The notes beneath the pieces were generated by a model. The model was not told the DNA's origin. It did no database searches and saw only the letters and a list, made by a program, of their open reading frames with translations. This document shows, piece after piece, positions 50,095 to 64,000 of a stretch of 64,000 bases of DNA; position 1 is the stretch's first letter; each line of letters opens with the position of its first letter. The stretch comes from Monocercomonoides exilis PA203 (Eukaryota; Protista; Preaxostyla). Where the stretch lies: assembly GCA_001643675.2 (NCBI GenBank), contig LSRY02000007.1, forward strand, positions 186,001-250,000, read 5' to 3'. A program made the translations under genes and the position numbers.

Positions 50095-52903
50095 TCATTG
50101 AGGGGCTCCGCTCAACTCTCCAAAATCAAATCCTCTTTTCTTTTTCTTTCCACTTAGAAGAGCTCGCAACGCTTCATCGTCCATTCCTTCGATCCCTGTT
50201 GCAGGTTCATTCTTTGTTTCTTGCTGTGCTTCATTGCTCTGGAGACCAGATGAGTCTCCAGCTGAAAGAGCTTTTTCAGCAGCGTCTTGTTCTGATTGAG
50301 CTTCCATCATCAGCTGCGCTAACATTCCTCTCCCTTTCTTCTTCTTCTTCTTTCCTCCTTCTTTGCCTTCCTCTGCATCTGCATCGTCACGCATATCCTT
50401 CATTAACGGCTTCCACATAACCCGCAGAGCCACAACACAAACGTTGTCTCTGGAAATTCGTTTGGGCGTTGCGGAAGGTTGAGAGTTCTGTTCTTCAGAA
50501 TCCTTTTTGGAAGCCGATGAGTATGCTTCCTGTTCTTTGTGGAAGACTTCTGGGTTGTTGTAGCGGTAGAGTGCCTCGTGGAGGAGATGCGAAGAGATCT
50601 GCTGGGCAGTTGGATATTCGACTGAGGGAAGGCAGGAAGGATGTGATGATGATGTGGAGGTGGATGATTGTGGTTGACACGCAAATGAAGAAGAGTCAGA
50701 TGGAGAAGCAGAGGAGGATGAAGAGGATGAAGAGGATGAAGATGACAATGAAGTGGCAGTAGAGTTAGTTTTGCTATGTGGATTGTACTCGAGAATAAGC
50801 TTTTGCACAATTGGTGGCTTTAGAACATCCCAAAGCTTAATTCAGATAAATTTAAAAAAAAAGAATGCAAAAAAATAGAATTCATCTGATTGAAAAATAA
50901 TTATAGCAATGCCGCAAACCCCATCAGAGCCCATGACAATCCACAGAGGTGGAGGAATTGCAAACTCCACATTGCTCAGCTCAGGAGCTTTTCCTTTGGC
51001 TTCTGCATCTTTGGCGATTTCGCTTCGATGCTTTAAGGCCTGCTCTTTTTGTGCTTCTATCCACTTTTCGTGGAGATGGAGATCTGGTGTGAGGGACAGC
51101 TTGGTCACATTTGGGGTGGGGATTGTCTGTGGAGAGAAGAAGTCGCCAAGAGAACGAGTGACTTGCATTCCTGTTTGCAGATTTTTTTGATTGTTTTCGC
51201 ACATTGAGAATAAAATATGAGTTTTTGAAAATAACGAAAATAAAAAATAAAAAACGATAAAAAGAATAAAAATGAACGAAGATGAAATATTTGAACATAA
51301 ATAAAGGCATTTCAAGAAAAGCTGATACAATCCAATTGTGCTCCCACTCTTCGGGCAAAAACAAAAAAAAAAAAAAAGTAAAAAAATGTATTTTAAGAAA
51401 TACCATTTACTCGATTTCCGTAAGGTGTGCCATCGTCATCAGCTACATCAGCTCCAGCGTCTCTGCATCGTTGCCTTTCAGAAGGATCAGTTGCCACATG
51501 GGCATATGTCAGAGACCGGGGCGAAACCTCGGGATCACTCGAACTGAATATAAAGAGCACAAACAACAAAAAAGTTTATTTAAAACAGAAAAACATATCA
51601 ACAACTAAATTTTGACATGAAGAAAACACACAAAAGATAGACTTCCGAATCTCCCACATTTGCACAATACAAATCCCGCTGCCCAACAACAGACGCAAGC
51701 TTCATCTCAAACGACTCGACATCTGCGCTTGTTGTCTGACTCGAAATCTGAGCTGTACTGCCTGATCCGGTCAACTTCTTTGTAAGAGCATTGACTGTTG
51801 GATGACCCTCAGGGCTGAAGTGGTTAAGAGGAGAACCATGCACCACAACCAACGAGGCTGTTGTACCTGCAGTCTCAAACTGCTCTGCTGAGATGGATGT
51901 TAAAAGAGTTTCCATTTGCTAAAGGATTTAAGTTTTACAAAAAATATATGACTCAAATGTTATTCGAGAAAAAGATATTCGTAACATACTTGAAATGTTT
52001 TTGTAAGAAGAGCAGACATGTCTGTCTCCATTATCAATGGATCTCTCATTGCTGTATCGTATTGACTTAGCAATGTCTAAGTAAAAATTTTTAATTTTTT
52101 GAGTTTTGCAAGTCAGTCGTTTTTTATGAAAACATAAATGGAGATGAAAATTATTGTGAACATCAAATTCCAAATGAAAAGTTAAAACAAACAGTTACAA
52201 TGTTATTTCTCACAATTTGTGCAGCTTTTTTCCCACTTTTCCCATCCATAGAATGACCATCGAAGACTCCAGCCATTAACCAAACAGGATGAGCTCCTTG
52301 AAGTCTCACAGCAATACAATCGTCCTATGAGGGGAAAAAAAAAATTAAAACAATTAAAATTATGCACCATAAAACAATCACAAAAGCATTTTCAAGCCTC
52401 CATAAATTTTTTATTTTTATCGTGTGCAACTCCGATATCTATGTCTGGATATACCTCACCTTCCCATTTCAAATTTGGATGAGGTGGAATAACCAAAAAC
52501 TGTGATTGAGAAGTTGTAATTTCTTGGTATTTTTTGAGTTCGTTTAAAAGATTTGTTGAATGCTTTTTTTCTTCTTCGAGAGTCTGCTTCAAAACATCCA
52601 AGTCTTTTAAAACTTGATAACAATAAATAAATAAGTTGAAACTCAAAATATTGACACTATGGTATTTTCAAACTTTTCTCAAGTGACTGTGCATTGCTTC
52701 CATCATCCTAAAAATTGTTATGCAAAAGCAAAAACAATCAGATGACAAGATTTATATGTATATTGTTTTCAAAAGCAATAGCATAAAAAATCGAAATACT
52801 CGCTCATAAAAAATTAAAAATTACAAACATTGCTCTCTGCACCCAAGGAACTACTACCTGAGCCTTGGGATAATTGGGTAATTTCAGAAATTAATTCACT
52901 CAT
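50095..52903 (-). CDS. PP2C/PPM-family protein phosphatase (multi-exon)
   Basis: Motifs in order: KFMEDD, GVFDGH, GTTASLV, LYCANVGDS, QVTRSLGD, IVMGSDG/LWDV, SRDNVCVV. Probable ATG at 52903. Confidence 0.9.
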
Positions 52904-53081
52904 CTTTAAAAAAAATGGTTTTCAAAATATTTCTCAAAATTTATTTATATCGATGCACTTGAACATTAATTAATATTTATGAAGATTCCAATTTAAACAA
53001 ATCGATCAAATAACACAAAATTGACAAAAAATATTCCCCTTTTCGCCGCTTAGTGTTTTGCTTTGGCAGCTAACTATACAT

Positions 53082-53996
<915 letters not shown>

Positions 53997-54640
53997 CTAA
54001 ATTGTCTTAATGGATACCTCTTTTATGCATTTTTTGTTCTCTCATCTTTTCATCTTCTTTTGCGCAATCTGTTTGAGAGAATCTGAGCACACCATATGTA
54101 ATTCTTCAGTTCTTTTGGTTACTTAGCTATCTAAATTTTTATTTTTTTTTAATATTTCATCTCAATTGAATAATAAGTTGTTTTTTTTTTTTTAAATTGA
54201 TTTGTTTTAAAAATGTTTATAATTTATTCTATTTCTTTTGTTGTGCATGACATTGCAGCTAAAATGACGATGCATTTTTATTGACTTAGATGACACATAG
54301 CGAGAAAGAATATAGTTGTAAGCGAATTGACACTGATGCTGATGCACCACATCCAACAAAATTAAAAAGGTTCACTGTGCTCGCTGAAATATACTGAAAA
54401 TAACTATGATGCAAAATAAAAAAAAAAAAAAAGACAATAAAACTGAATTTATAACTAAAGCAAATTAAAAAAATATTTTTTTTGGATATGAAATCAACTA
54501 AAAAAACGGGAATGTACGAGCACGATGAAAGGAGGGTAAAAAAAGCCACATTTATTTTTATCTGAAAATCTACAAATACTACGCACAATGAACAATATAC
54601 AATGCACAGCAAAGAAAAAGATAAAAGACACAAGGCACAT

Positions 54641-56663
54641 CTATGATTGCGCTGAAGACACGAAGTCTCTTTGCCCCAGGTCGTGTGCGTGCTTGCATGA
54701 AATGAGCTTTGTCATGAGCTCCGCACTCTTCGCAGTCATCTCCTTCTCTTCTGCTGTTGAGCGAGGAGCAGACACCACCAGCAGCACAGTCGCTGCTTTG
54801 CGGCGGAAGCGCTGTGTGACTCCAAAAAGGCGGCCGGGGAGGAGAGTGAGAGGAGGATTGGTGTTGGTGACATACGTCTGCTGGCTGGATGAGGAAGAAG
54901 GGGTGGGGGTGTGCGGAGAGGGGAACTGGAGTGAGGCAGTGGGGAGCACTGGAGTCGATGAAGGAGAAGTAGAAGAAGAAGAAGAAGACTGATTAGGCGA
55001 AGGAGATGAGCCCATTGGCGATGAGGCGGAGCCAGGGAGAGCAGACGAGGACACCGATGATGCAGAAGAGCTGGTGTGCTCGTGCTGCAGCTGGAACGGC
55101 TGGAGGGTGGCGAAGCGGCGCATCATCGACGCGTGATAGAGGTGGTTGAACGTCACATGGTCCGGAATGGGCATCAGAAACGCCTCTGTCCCGCGCGGCC
55201 GCTCGAACCCCAGCAGATTCTGCTTCAAAAGCGCCGGCCGCTCGACAGGTGGGGCAAACGCGGCAAACACATCAGCCGACGGTACGAACTGGGTGTAGTC
55301 TTCTGTCAGCTGGGCGAAAAAGGACTGTGCGGCCTGTATGCGCTGCTCGTCCAGCTGGGGCCCGTGGTGCGAGTGGTGGATGTGCACAGTGGCAGACGCA
55401 GCAGCATCGGATGTGTTCTGGTTGGCTGCCTGCGATGCACTCAGCTCAGTCGTCTTGGCCTGCCGGGTGAGCGAGGCTGAGCCGTCCTCGTGCTGCGCAG
55501 AGGCCTCGCTGCTTCTGTCTGCTGCTGCCTGCGGAGGTGAAATGACTGACGCAGGCGCAGTGACCAGCAGCGTGTTCACCATGTTCCCGTTCGGGTCTGG
55601 TCGGTGGCTGAAAAGCGGGTCGTGCCGCCACTGCCCGTCAACAATGTACTTGAAGTAGTACTGCCCAGGCGGAATCGCCAGCGTAATCGCCCACCGCTTG
55701 ATCCACCCTGCCGAAGAAGCAGACTCACCTGATGGAACTTCTGATGATGAGACTCCTTTTGCTTTCCCTTGTGCCTCTTTGATGGCTGTTAGCTGCTCTT
55801 GTGTGTATTGCCCGTTCACCACATCTTCCTCAGACGGACCTTCAGCATCGCTTGGTGATGGCTGTGCGGTAAGGGGGATTTTGTGAGCCCACCGATTGAA
55901 AGAGCCGGTTATATACACATTCTGCATTGCACCATGCTTCCAAGTGAATGTGACATGAACATACACTGATCGGCTTGCCTGTGCTGCTTGAGGTGCAGGA
56001 GGTTGAGATGGTGCACTTGCTTGGTTATGTTCTCCAGATTGCTGTGCTGATGCTGGTGCAGATGATGCAGTGGATGATTGCGTTGGCGCAGATGTGTTTG
56101 AAGTTGCTGTTGAAGAAGATTCTTGAGTACCTGCATCAGCAGGTTTTGAACCAGCAGACTTATCGTTTTCTGTGACTTGAGAATCTTGACGTGGAGATGG
56201 ATTTGTTGTCGGAGCTTTAGATTGAGTGCTTGTTTCAGAAGATTGATCATTTGCAGCTGTCGTAGATGTTTCGGCAATTTGAGTGGAAACATGATCTAAT
56301 TTTTGATCCGCATGTTCAGCAGTTGAGTGCGCCGCTTCAGTAGAAGAAGTTTCATTTGACGTTTTCTGTTGTTGATTTGCGGTTGACGGATCAGGATCTA
56401 ATGTTGAAGGAGGACTACCTTCACTTCCAACCTGTCCATCATGAGAGGATGGTGGCCTGTGTGAATCACCGGACTGCCTTTCAATTAGATCGGTTCCATC
56501 GATATGCGATACTGCATACATTGCAGCACGCCCTGAAGGAGGTTCTAAAAAAATTTATTGGAAATATTAAACACAACAACATGAAAAACCAAAAGAAAAT
56601 TTGTTACGCACTCGATTGAACAATCCTTTCATTTGGCCTTTCTCGTCCTTGATCATTACCCAT
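54641..56663 (-). CDS. AMP-activated protein kinase (SNF1) beta subunit
   Basis: N-terminal MGN (myristoylation-type) exon at 56663. CBM48 motifs VTFTWKHG..VYITGSFNRW and GQYYFKYIVDGQWRHDP..NGNMVN. ASC motifs PDHVTFNHLY and TQRFRRKAATVLLV. Confidence 0.85.
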
Positions 56664-57017
56664 GTGCTAAATATAAACTCTTTTTTAAAAGTTCAGATTT
56701 TGAGTATAATCAAGAATTGCACTTAAAAATGAATTTTAAGATTCCATATGCAAAAAATTAAGCAAATATTAAACGTTGAATTATAAAATATACAAAAATA
56801 ACATGCATAACGAAACCAAGTTCAGTGTTTTGGAACTTGCAACAAAGCACCAAAGAACGAATAAAAAGTCAAAACTAAATATAAAATGGGATAATCTATA
56901 AGAAAAATGGGTGATAAAAAGGAGTGAACTAAACAAATTGTGAAATGCAAAATAATAAGAAAAATAAAATTTAAAGAAATATTTATTATTAAAAATAAAA
57001 ACATGTTTACTGAAAAT

Positions 57018-58241
57018 TCATTTGTTTAATGGTGACGGTGTTGCATCTGATTCTGATGTGGTTGAAGATGCATGTTGTTCGACGGGTTGTTGTTGTGAGC
57101 TTGATGAAGGAGATGCAGACGAAGATGCAGCACATTCTTGACGAGCAGGTTCTGAGGTAGTTTGTGTTGATGGCAATGGAGTAGATGAACTCAAAGACGA
57201 AACATGCAAAGAGAGAGCAGATTCATCAATTGATTTTGGACGAGACGCAGCTGTTCTCGATTGTTGTTTTGATTTTGTCTGATAAAAAAAAGAAGTAATC
57301 AAACAGAAGGAAAAAATAATGAAAATTAATAGAAAATACTGCCCATCATACTTCTAATAATTCCAACTCTTCCTTTTTGAGTTTGGCCAAGAAATCCGCC
57401 CCACACAATTCTCTGAGAGAAAAATAATATTCCAAATACTCTTGTGGTGTGATTGTCAGGTTAAAGTCCAGAAGCTCCAAAAATTCCTGTTCCATAACGT
57501 TTATCTCCTTCACAGTAAAAAAAGGGAATGCTCTTTGAACAATTGCGGCATTTCTAACTGAATGGTCTTCCCACACTTTAGAAGCCATAAGGAGGCTGAT
57601 GACGACTAGCCTTCTCCAATTAATTGGATGAAGAACAACTTTAGCATCAGTAATAAGCCTTTCAAGATAAATAAGGCAAATGATGCTACACTGTGGGTTC
57701 ATCTGAAGTTGATGCATGATATACACCATAAAAATATGCATGTGCTCTATTTGAGGTAAAGGTATCTGAGTCATATCGGTCACTCCCTAAAAATTTATGA
57801 AATAGCAAGCTTTTAGCAAAACAAACAGTACAAACCAAAGAATGAAGATCTTCACAAAAGACTGGAATAACTTTTGGATTCTTTTTGTGGTGACGAACGG
57901 AATGATCGAGCAACTTATGTATTTGTGTGCAAACACTTAAAAAAAATTATTGGATCGAATAACATTGAATAAATTCATTCCGACATAAAAAAATTACAAA
58001 CCTTCGAACTGTGTGATCTACATTTGGTTCACTTGGTGATGAACATGGCTTATCAATGTCATTTGCAGAATAAAAGAATTTTTTTGCCTTTTCAGCTTCA
58101 ATTGGCTTTGTAGCCCCAGCTTTCATTGATCCATATCGATCTATAAAATTTGAGTGTTGCACATCAAATTCAAAGTTTATTTTAAAGTTTATAACTAAAT
58201 AAAAATATGTGCATTCAAAATGAATAACCTTCAGTTGACAT
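57018..58241 (-). CDS. Cyclin Y-like cyclin (multi-exon)
   Basis: Cyclin box QCSIICLIYLERL..LHPINWRRLVVISLLMASKVWED..EINVMEQEFLELLDFNL..YLEYYFSLR. Upstream IPVFCEDLHSL resembles CCNY. Confidence 0.85.
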
Positions 58242-58338
58242 CTATTGTGTTTTCGAAGAAAAAACAAAATTACTATTCTTCAAATTTGTTATTGATCAAA
58301 TGGACCATTGCAAAGTATTTTTTCATTAAATATTGCAT

Positions 58339-61081
58339 ATGGAATATGAAGAATATCAAATGCCAAGTTCTTTCGATTGGGAACAGCTGACCGCACAAGA
58401 ACAGAATAACGCTCGTACGGCAAATGAGAGGGAAGAATTTTTTCGAACATTAGATAATGATGTGAATTATGACCATTTAAATTATTGTCTGAGGGAGAAA
58501 GCAAACGATAAACAAAACAAAAGTGTGAAGAAATATGATTGTACAGCTATAATATGATTTTTATTTATTTATTTTTTATGCTGGAAGAAATATATCGAAA
58601 TTTGGATAATCGTTTTGCAACTGCCTACTCTTTTTTCAATATTGCGGGACCAATAAAAATAATTCGGCCACACTCAAAATGCTTGACTGAGGATGACAAT
58701 TATGTGACTCAAGCAAAGCTTTTTCTTGAGCATTGGCACAGATTGTCAATTCCATTTGGAAAAATATGTTTTGAGCTTCATGCATCAATGCCAGCAACAA
58801 AAATTGTTGATCGGCCGAAACTAAATTTACAAGGTGTTTTTGTACCATATGGTGGTACTTTTGAAATGACTTTGTGCAGGATACCAGCTATGAAAATGGG
58901 CTGGCCTTCTTTCGAATTGGGAGCAGTATACGGAGCACAACTTTGTAGCCAGCACGAAGGAAAGTTGACTAGAACGTGGATGATGAATGAGCAGCAGGCT
59001 TTAGGCGATAATGATACACTTCGTGGAGGTTTTCTTGTGACTGCTGGCTTTTACGGAATTTTCAGGCACTGTCAACCTTTAGATTTTAAAATCCTAATGA
59101 GCACAGTATTTATTTTTTCTTAAATCTCTATTTCTATTGTTCAATATATATTCAATTTTTTATATATGAATTATGTTCAAAAACGAAAGAAATCCATATT
59201 CATTCGACTTGGAACTTTGATTGGAATTGGAATGTCGTTCTGCCCAAGAAACGATGTTCTTATGGCAGAATGTGAATGCGAAGAGAGAAGTCTTAAATTG
59301 CTGAAAGAAATCGACTCTTTCATTTCCTCTCACATAGCATCACTTATGAAGCACGGCTCAATGAACGAGGAAATGACAACAGTATGCACGTTTAACGAAC
59401 ATTTTTGCGCTGCGCTTTTATACGAAAGAGGCAATTGTTGCTTTTGTGCTATTCTTGATTGTCAATCTTTAATTTTTTGTTCAAATTTATTTACCATCAA
59501 TGCATTTTATTCACCAATGTCACAATCAATTCACATTAATTTCTTTTCTTCAAAAATTTTCTTCTTAAACATTTTTTTTTCCTTCCAATATTCAACTAGA
59601 ACTGCAACCCTGACATAACTCCAGGCGCATTTCTTGCTTTGGGGCTGATTCATGTTGCCTCTTCTGACCGCTATCTTGTTGCGCATTTGATCAACGAGGA
59701 GATCTCTGGACTGCATCTGACACGCAAACACCCTGCCCCGAAATCTGTCATTACAAGCGCTGGAATTGCTTTGGGTGTGTTTTTTGTTAACATTTTAAAA
59801 GGAAATAATTAAATACACACATTTTTTTAAAATGTTATTTTTTTCATACTTTTTATTTGAATCAAAACTTTTCTATTGAAACCGAACCACACGCGCAACA
59901 ATATGAATCTTATTCCTTTTCATACAAACCGTTCATTTCTTCCCAAGGCTTAATTCTTCTATGCAAAGGCAACGAGGATTCGACTGTGGAAGGTATCGAT
60001 GACATTGATGTGCTGGGTGAGGTGTCTTATTACTTGGCATCGTCATATGAAGCGTGGCTGGAGCAGATGAAGGCAAACGTACGATTCGAAGGCAACAACC
60101 TCAACGCAATGCCATTTGGAGTCATCCAGCCGATTCTGCCGATGAAAAAACGTTTGTGGCATAATGTGTTGTCGAAATTCATTTTTTTACTTCTCAATAA
60201 AAAAATTTCAATGCATCTGTTTTTTAAACTGAAATTTCTATTTTCATATGTTAAATATTCATCCATATGTCAATTGAATTCTCAGTAACTGTCCACAAGA
60301 AGCTCACACCATCCACTCTTATCACATCTCGCACACAGCACCAGCCACCTGAAAAGCCTCCTTCGATTGACACGCTCCTCCGCATAGACACCTTCCCTGT
60401 GTCTCAGCCGACGCTCGCCCTTCCTCCGCTTCCCGATGACAACATGGTGCTTGAAGAGAAAGTCTTCCGCACCACCGCCAAACGCTATGCGCCGTTCACC
60501 TACCCTTCTTTCCTGCCGCTGGCTGATCCCTTGAGGCGGATGTGGCATGCTGAAGATGCCATTTCAGACGAGCTGCACAACCAGAGCCAGCTGGGGCTGA
60601 CGATAGCAGCACAGAGGAGGAACGACGGGATTGTGAATGATGTGGAGTTTGGCATCAGAAAGGAGAGGGAGAAGAGGAAGGCGCTGGCGATGCTGTATGA
60701 GGTGGCGATGGCGTCGGTGGATGAGCTGGAGTACAAACGATACAGAGACAAGCCGATTCCTGAGTTCGATGCCGTGGAAGGGACAGAGGAAGAGCAGAGG
60801 AAGGTGCTGAAGCGCATCAAGCACAATCCAAGTGTCGCTGCTGAAAGGAAGGCACGAAGAAGGAAGACAAGCAGAAGAAATCAGTCGAGTTTTGCGATTG
60901 AGCCGATGGATCCAGAAGAAGAGCATGCTTTGAGGACATTTCTGAACCTGCCTCTCAAACCATCCACTCTGAATCCAAGATATGCTTCTGATATGTTTGC
61001 AGAATACACAGGGATATCAACATCTTCTTCTTCTTCGTCATCGTCCTCATCAACTTCATCATTATATCTTCCCGTTAATCC

Positions 61082-61123
<42 letters not shown>

Positions 61124-63137
61124 TTCTTCTTCTTCTTCTTCTTCAATGGACGATATGACACCACCTCAATCCTTGCTATCTTCCTTTTATCCTCTTGCTG
61201 CTGCTCCTTCCTTTTGCCTCAATCCATCTTCTTCTAAACCAAAGCCAAGCCTTTCTTCTTCTTTCACTTTTGAAGCATCTCCTACTAATTCTTCTTCTTT
61301 ACGGTTATTACCTCCTCCTCCTCCACCTTCATCATCATCATCATCATCATCTTCTTCTTCTTCCTCTTCCTCTTCTTCCCGCACCATGATGCAATCTCTC
61401 ATGATGTACAAAGAGTACCCCAAATCCTTCACTCCCCTCACCCCCTTCCAACTCTCGCCCCGCCTCACATTCACCACACAGCAGCCCCACCTCGCTCCTT
61501 TGTCCAAGCCCTTCAGCACACTCAACTCTGCCCCTTTCTCCTTCGCCCCTTCCGTTTGCCCCTCCCCCCGCCCTCCCTCGTGGATCAGCGAGCCCCTCAG
61601 CCCCGAGCTCGAGTTCTCCGACTGGTTCAAGGCGAGCCCCACGCTCTCTGAAATCGGCCCTTCTGACCCTGTCTCGATGGCATTCACTGCGCTTTCGTAC
61701 TCCCAGACAGACTACGACACGCTGAGGCAGCCCATCTTCCTGCAGCAGCACGGCCTCATTCCTCAGAACAAGCAGCACCCGTCGCTCGATTACGGCACCA
61801 ACTACGGCCCTCTCCCGCTCGACGGGCTGAGCCACATGAGCGATGCGACATGTGGGGCAGTGCTGGCAATCGTTCTAACATTTATGAAGAGCAACTGCCG
61901 AAGAGCAGCTGGGGTGCTGCGTTTGTCTGCCTCAGCGGGCGAGTTCTGCTCGATGGACGAGGACGCTGTGGCTGCGCGGGCGATGGGGGAGGCGCTGGTG
62001 CTGTGGAGAGAGATGGCAGTGGAGTGGGAGTGGATGGAGGAGGCTGTCCCGCCGAAGCTGCTGGCGCTGCTGTGTGCGAATATCGAGCAGAAGGAGAAGG
62101 CAACACGAAGTGGGTCTTTTCAGAAGGCGCAGTTCGAATACGACGAAGACTCGCTCAAAGTGAATGTGGCGTGTGCGGTTGTCGGGAGATGCCTGGCGCT
62201 GGCAGTAAGACATGCAGGCACAAACAACAAGAAGCTGCTGTCGATGCTGCTGAGTCTTGTCTACCATCTGCTGAATGGAGAAATGTTCATCTACAAAAAG
62301 CATGTGAAGAGACAAATGGCAGCAGACAGCGCTGTCGAAGGAGATGTTGATAGAGAGTCTTCTTCTCGTGTCTCTGCTGATCCGTTTGGATGGATCAGAA
62401 CTGGAGACATCCAAAGGGCAGACGCTGATGCGATGCTTTCTGCCATTTTGGGAGATGAATCGGATCGCAAATGCGAAAAAGGCGAAAGCGCCTCAACTTC
62501 TTCGTCATCATCATCACCATCATCATCATCATCTTCTTCTTCTTCTTCTTCAACTTTATCTTCAACTTTATCATCATCATCATCTGAACAATCTGAACAA
62601 GAATACAATCTTTTAGTTCCTCCACCCAATCCAACTCCTCCAACTCCTGCAAAGCCACAACCATCATCCATCCCGCACTTCCTCTTCTTCAGCCTCCCCC
62701 ACCACATCTCAACGCTCCTAGCTGCCCATCTGTGCATTGCTGCTGGCGTGGTTGCAGCAGGCACAGGAAACGTGCATGTGCTGCGTGTGCTGTTCTATTC
62801 GCTGAAGATGCTTCTGCCTAGCGGAGAGAGCGTTGCCGACATCGCCACCATCCTCAGAGGCCCTCCTCCTTCAGACAACCCTTTCCCTCCCCCAGCCCCT
62901 TCCATGGACTGGGCTGTCCCGCGCATTGCCCACTTCCACCAGCTCCTTTTCGTCCACTTCGCTATGGGCTTGCTGTTTCTTTCAAGAAATGCCTGCACCC
63001 TGACTTCTGATAATGCTCTTGCTTCGGCTGGATTGGTACTCACTCTTTTTCCTAATTTCTCAACGGGTGTTGAATCACAGCAATACTATCCTATTTATTT
63101 TCGTTATGGATATGTATTGGCAATGAAGAAAAGATAG
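58339..63137 (+). CDS. APC1: Anaphase-promoting complex subunit 1-like (PC-repeat region; multi-exon)
   Basis: PKLNLQG, WPSFELGAVYG, GGFLVTAGFYG, SAGIALGLILLCKG, CLALAVRHAGT, GVVAAGTGN and HFAMGLLFLS..LFPNF..FRYGYVLA follow the APC1 PC-domain motifs in order. Confidence 0.75.
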
Positions 63138-63254
63138 AATTGTGTGCTATTGAATGTGTTTATAAAAATTTAGTTATTGTTTTTCTTGATCATGATATGT
63201 ATTAAAATTTTTGTTTTATTTTATCTTTAATTTTTCGGGAGCTTATAAACATAT

Positions 63255-64000
63255 ATGAGTCTGAAAACAGATGCCTTAGTTCCAATTGCATCTCGTATAT
63301 GTTTTCGGAAATTTTCTTTTCTAACTACACCTGGTATTTTACTTTATGTGAAAAAATGCCTTTCAGGGCTAATACTTACAGTTGGGATGAATACAGAAAT
63401 ATCTTTTTTGGGAAAGAAAAGAACCATTCATATTTATTCAGCTAATGTTGGAGATGAAGTTATAGAAAGAGGGCAGAAATTTAAGATAAATGAAACAACA
63501 GAAATATTGTTTTCTCAAGCGCAAGAGGAGAAACAAAAGCCTCAATCATCCCCAAAATCAGAAAATACTAAATTAAGTTCTATTTCTGGGCAAGAAAGGG
63601 TTATAAGTGTTATTAAGGAAACAATTTTGGCTTCTCTTACTGATCCACTATTTTTTGTAAAGTTTGGCTTAAAACCTCCCCGATCAATTCTTCTTTTTGG
63701 ACCTCCAGGAACAGGGAAAACAATGATTGCTAGGGCAACAGCACTCGAAGCTGGAGCAAATTTAATATCTATATCAGGAACTGATTTTAGTTATGGAAGA
63801 GATGCGAAGGATGTTCTTCAAACTGCTTTTTTAACAGCATTATCAACGCAACCATCTCTAATATTTTTTGATGAATTGGATTTAATCTGTCCATCAACTG
63901 GTACATCTTTTGGATCCCAAAGTGGAGGAAGTGGAACGCAGGGTTTATCGCAAAAAATCGTCAACGAGCTTTGCTCTCAACTTGATTCTCTTTCGCCAAC
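63255..64000 (+). CDS. AAA+ ATPase, CDC48/AFG2(SPATA5)-family; truncated by the window end
   Basis: Open frame from ATG 63255 to the window end. GLKPPRSILLFGPPGTGKTMIARA (Walker A at ~63699) and PSLIFFDELD (Walker B). Confidence 0.85.
   Translation, partial: MSLKTDALVPIASRICFRKFSFLTTPGILLYVKKCLSGLILTVGMNTEISFLGKKRTIHIYSANVGDEVIERGQKFKINETTEILFSQAQEEKQKPQSSPKSENTKLSSISGQERVISVIKETILASLTDPLFFVKFGLKPPRSILLFGPPGTGKTMIARATALEAGANLISISGTDFSYGRDAKDVLQTAFLTALSTQPSLIFFDELDLICPSTGTSFGSQSGGSGTQGLSQKIVNELCSQLDSLSP

Overview
Eukaryotic, AT-rich, intron-containing genomic DNA from a protist. The short GTTTG..AG introns and Ser/Glu-inflated proteins suggest an oxymonad such as Monocercomonoides; this is inference only. 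Two blocks of intact housekeeping genes are present. The left block holds a WDR62/MAPKBP1-like WD40 protein and CSN3. The right block holds tRNA-Pro(CGG), a PIAS/SIZ SP-RING ligase, CNOT9/Rcd1-like, FAM221-like, PP2C, Rab2-like, AMPK beta, cyclin Y-like, APC1-like and a CDC48/AFG2-family AAA+ ATPase. Between them lies a ~22-kb accessory zone (about 18.3-42 kb) of decayed gene fragments and palindromic repeats. The standout is an apparently young ~6.3-kb DNA transposon (about 23178-29497). It has 611-bp terminal inverted repeats built from nested palindromes. It encodes one spliced ~1240-aa protein in which a ubiquitin-specific protease (USP/C19) domain with intact catalytic residues is fused to a DDD-triad, Sola-like transposase. 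A compact, GC-rich, multi-stem RNA-like structure starts 5 nt after its stop codon. Other notable items are a Rab with a natural Q-to-L switch-II substitution, an APC1 apparently reduced to its PC-repeat core, recurrent GC-AG introns and three MITE-like palindromes next to the tRNA. All family calls come from motif recognition by eye, not database searches.
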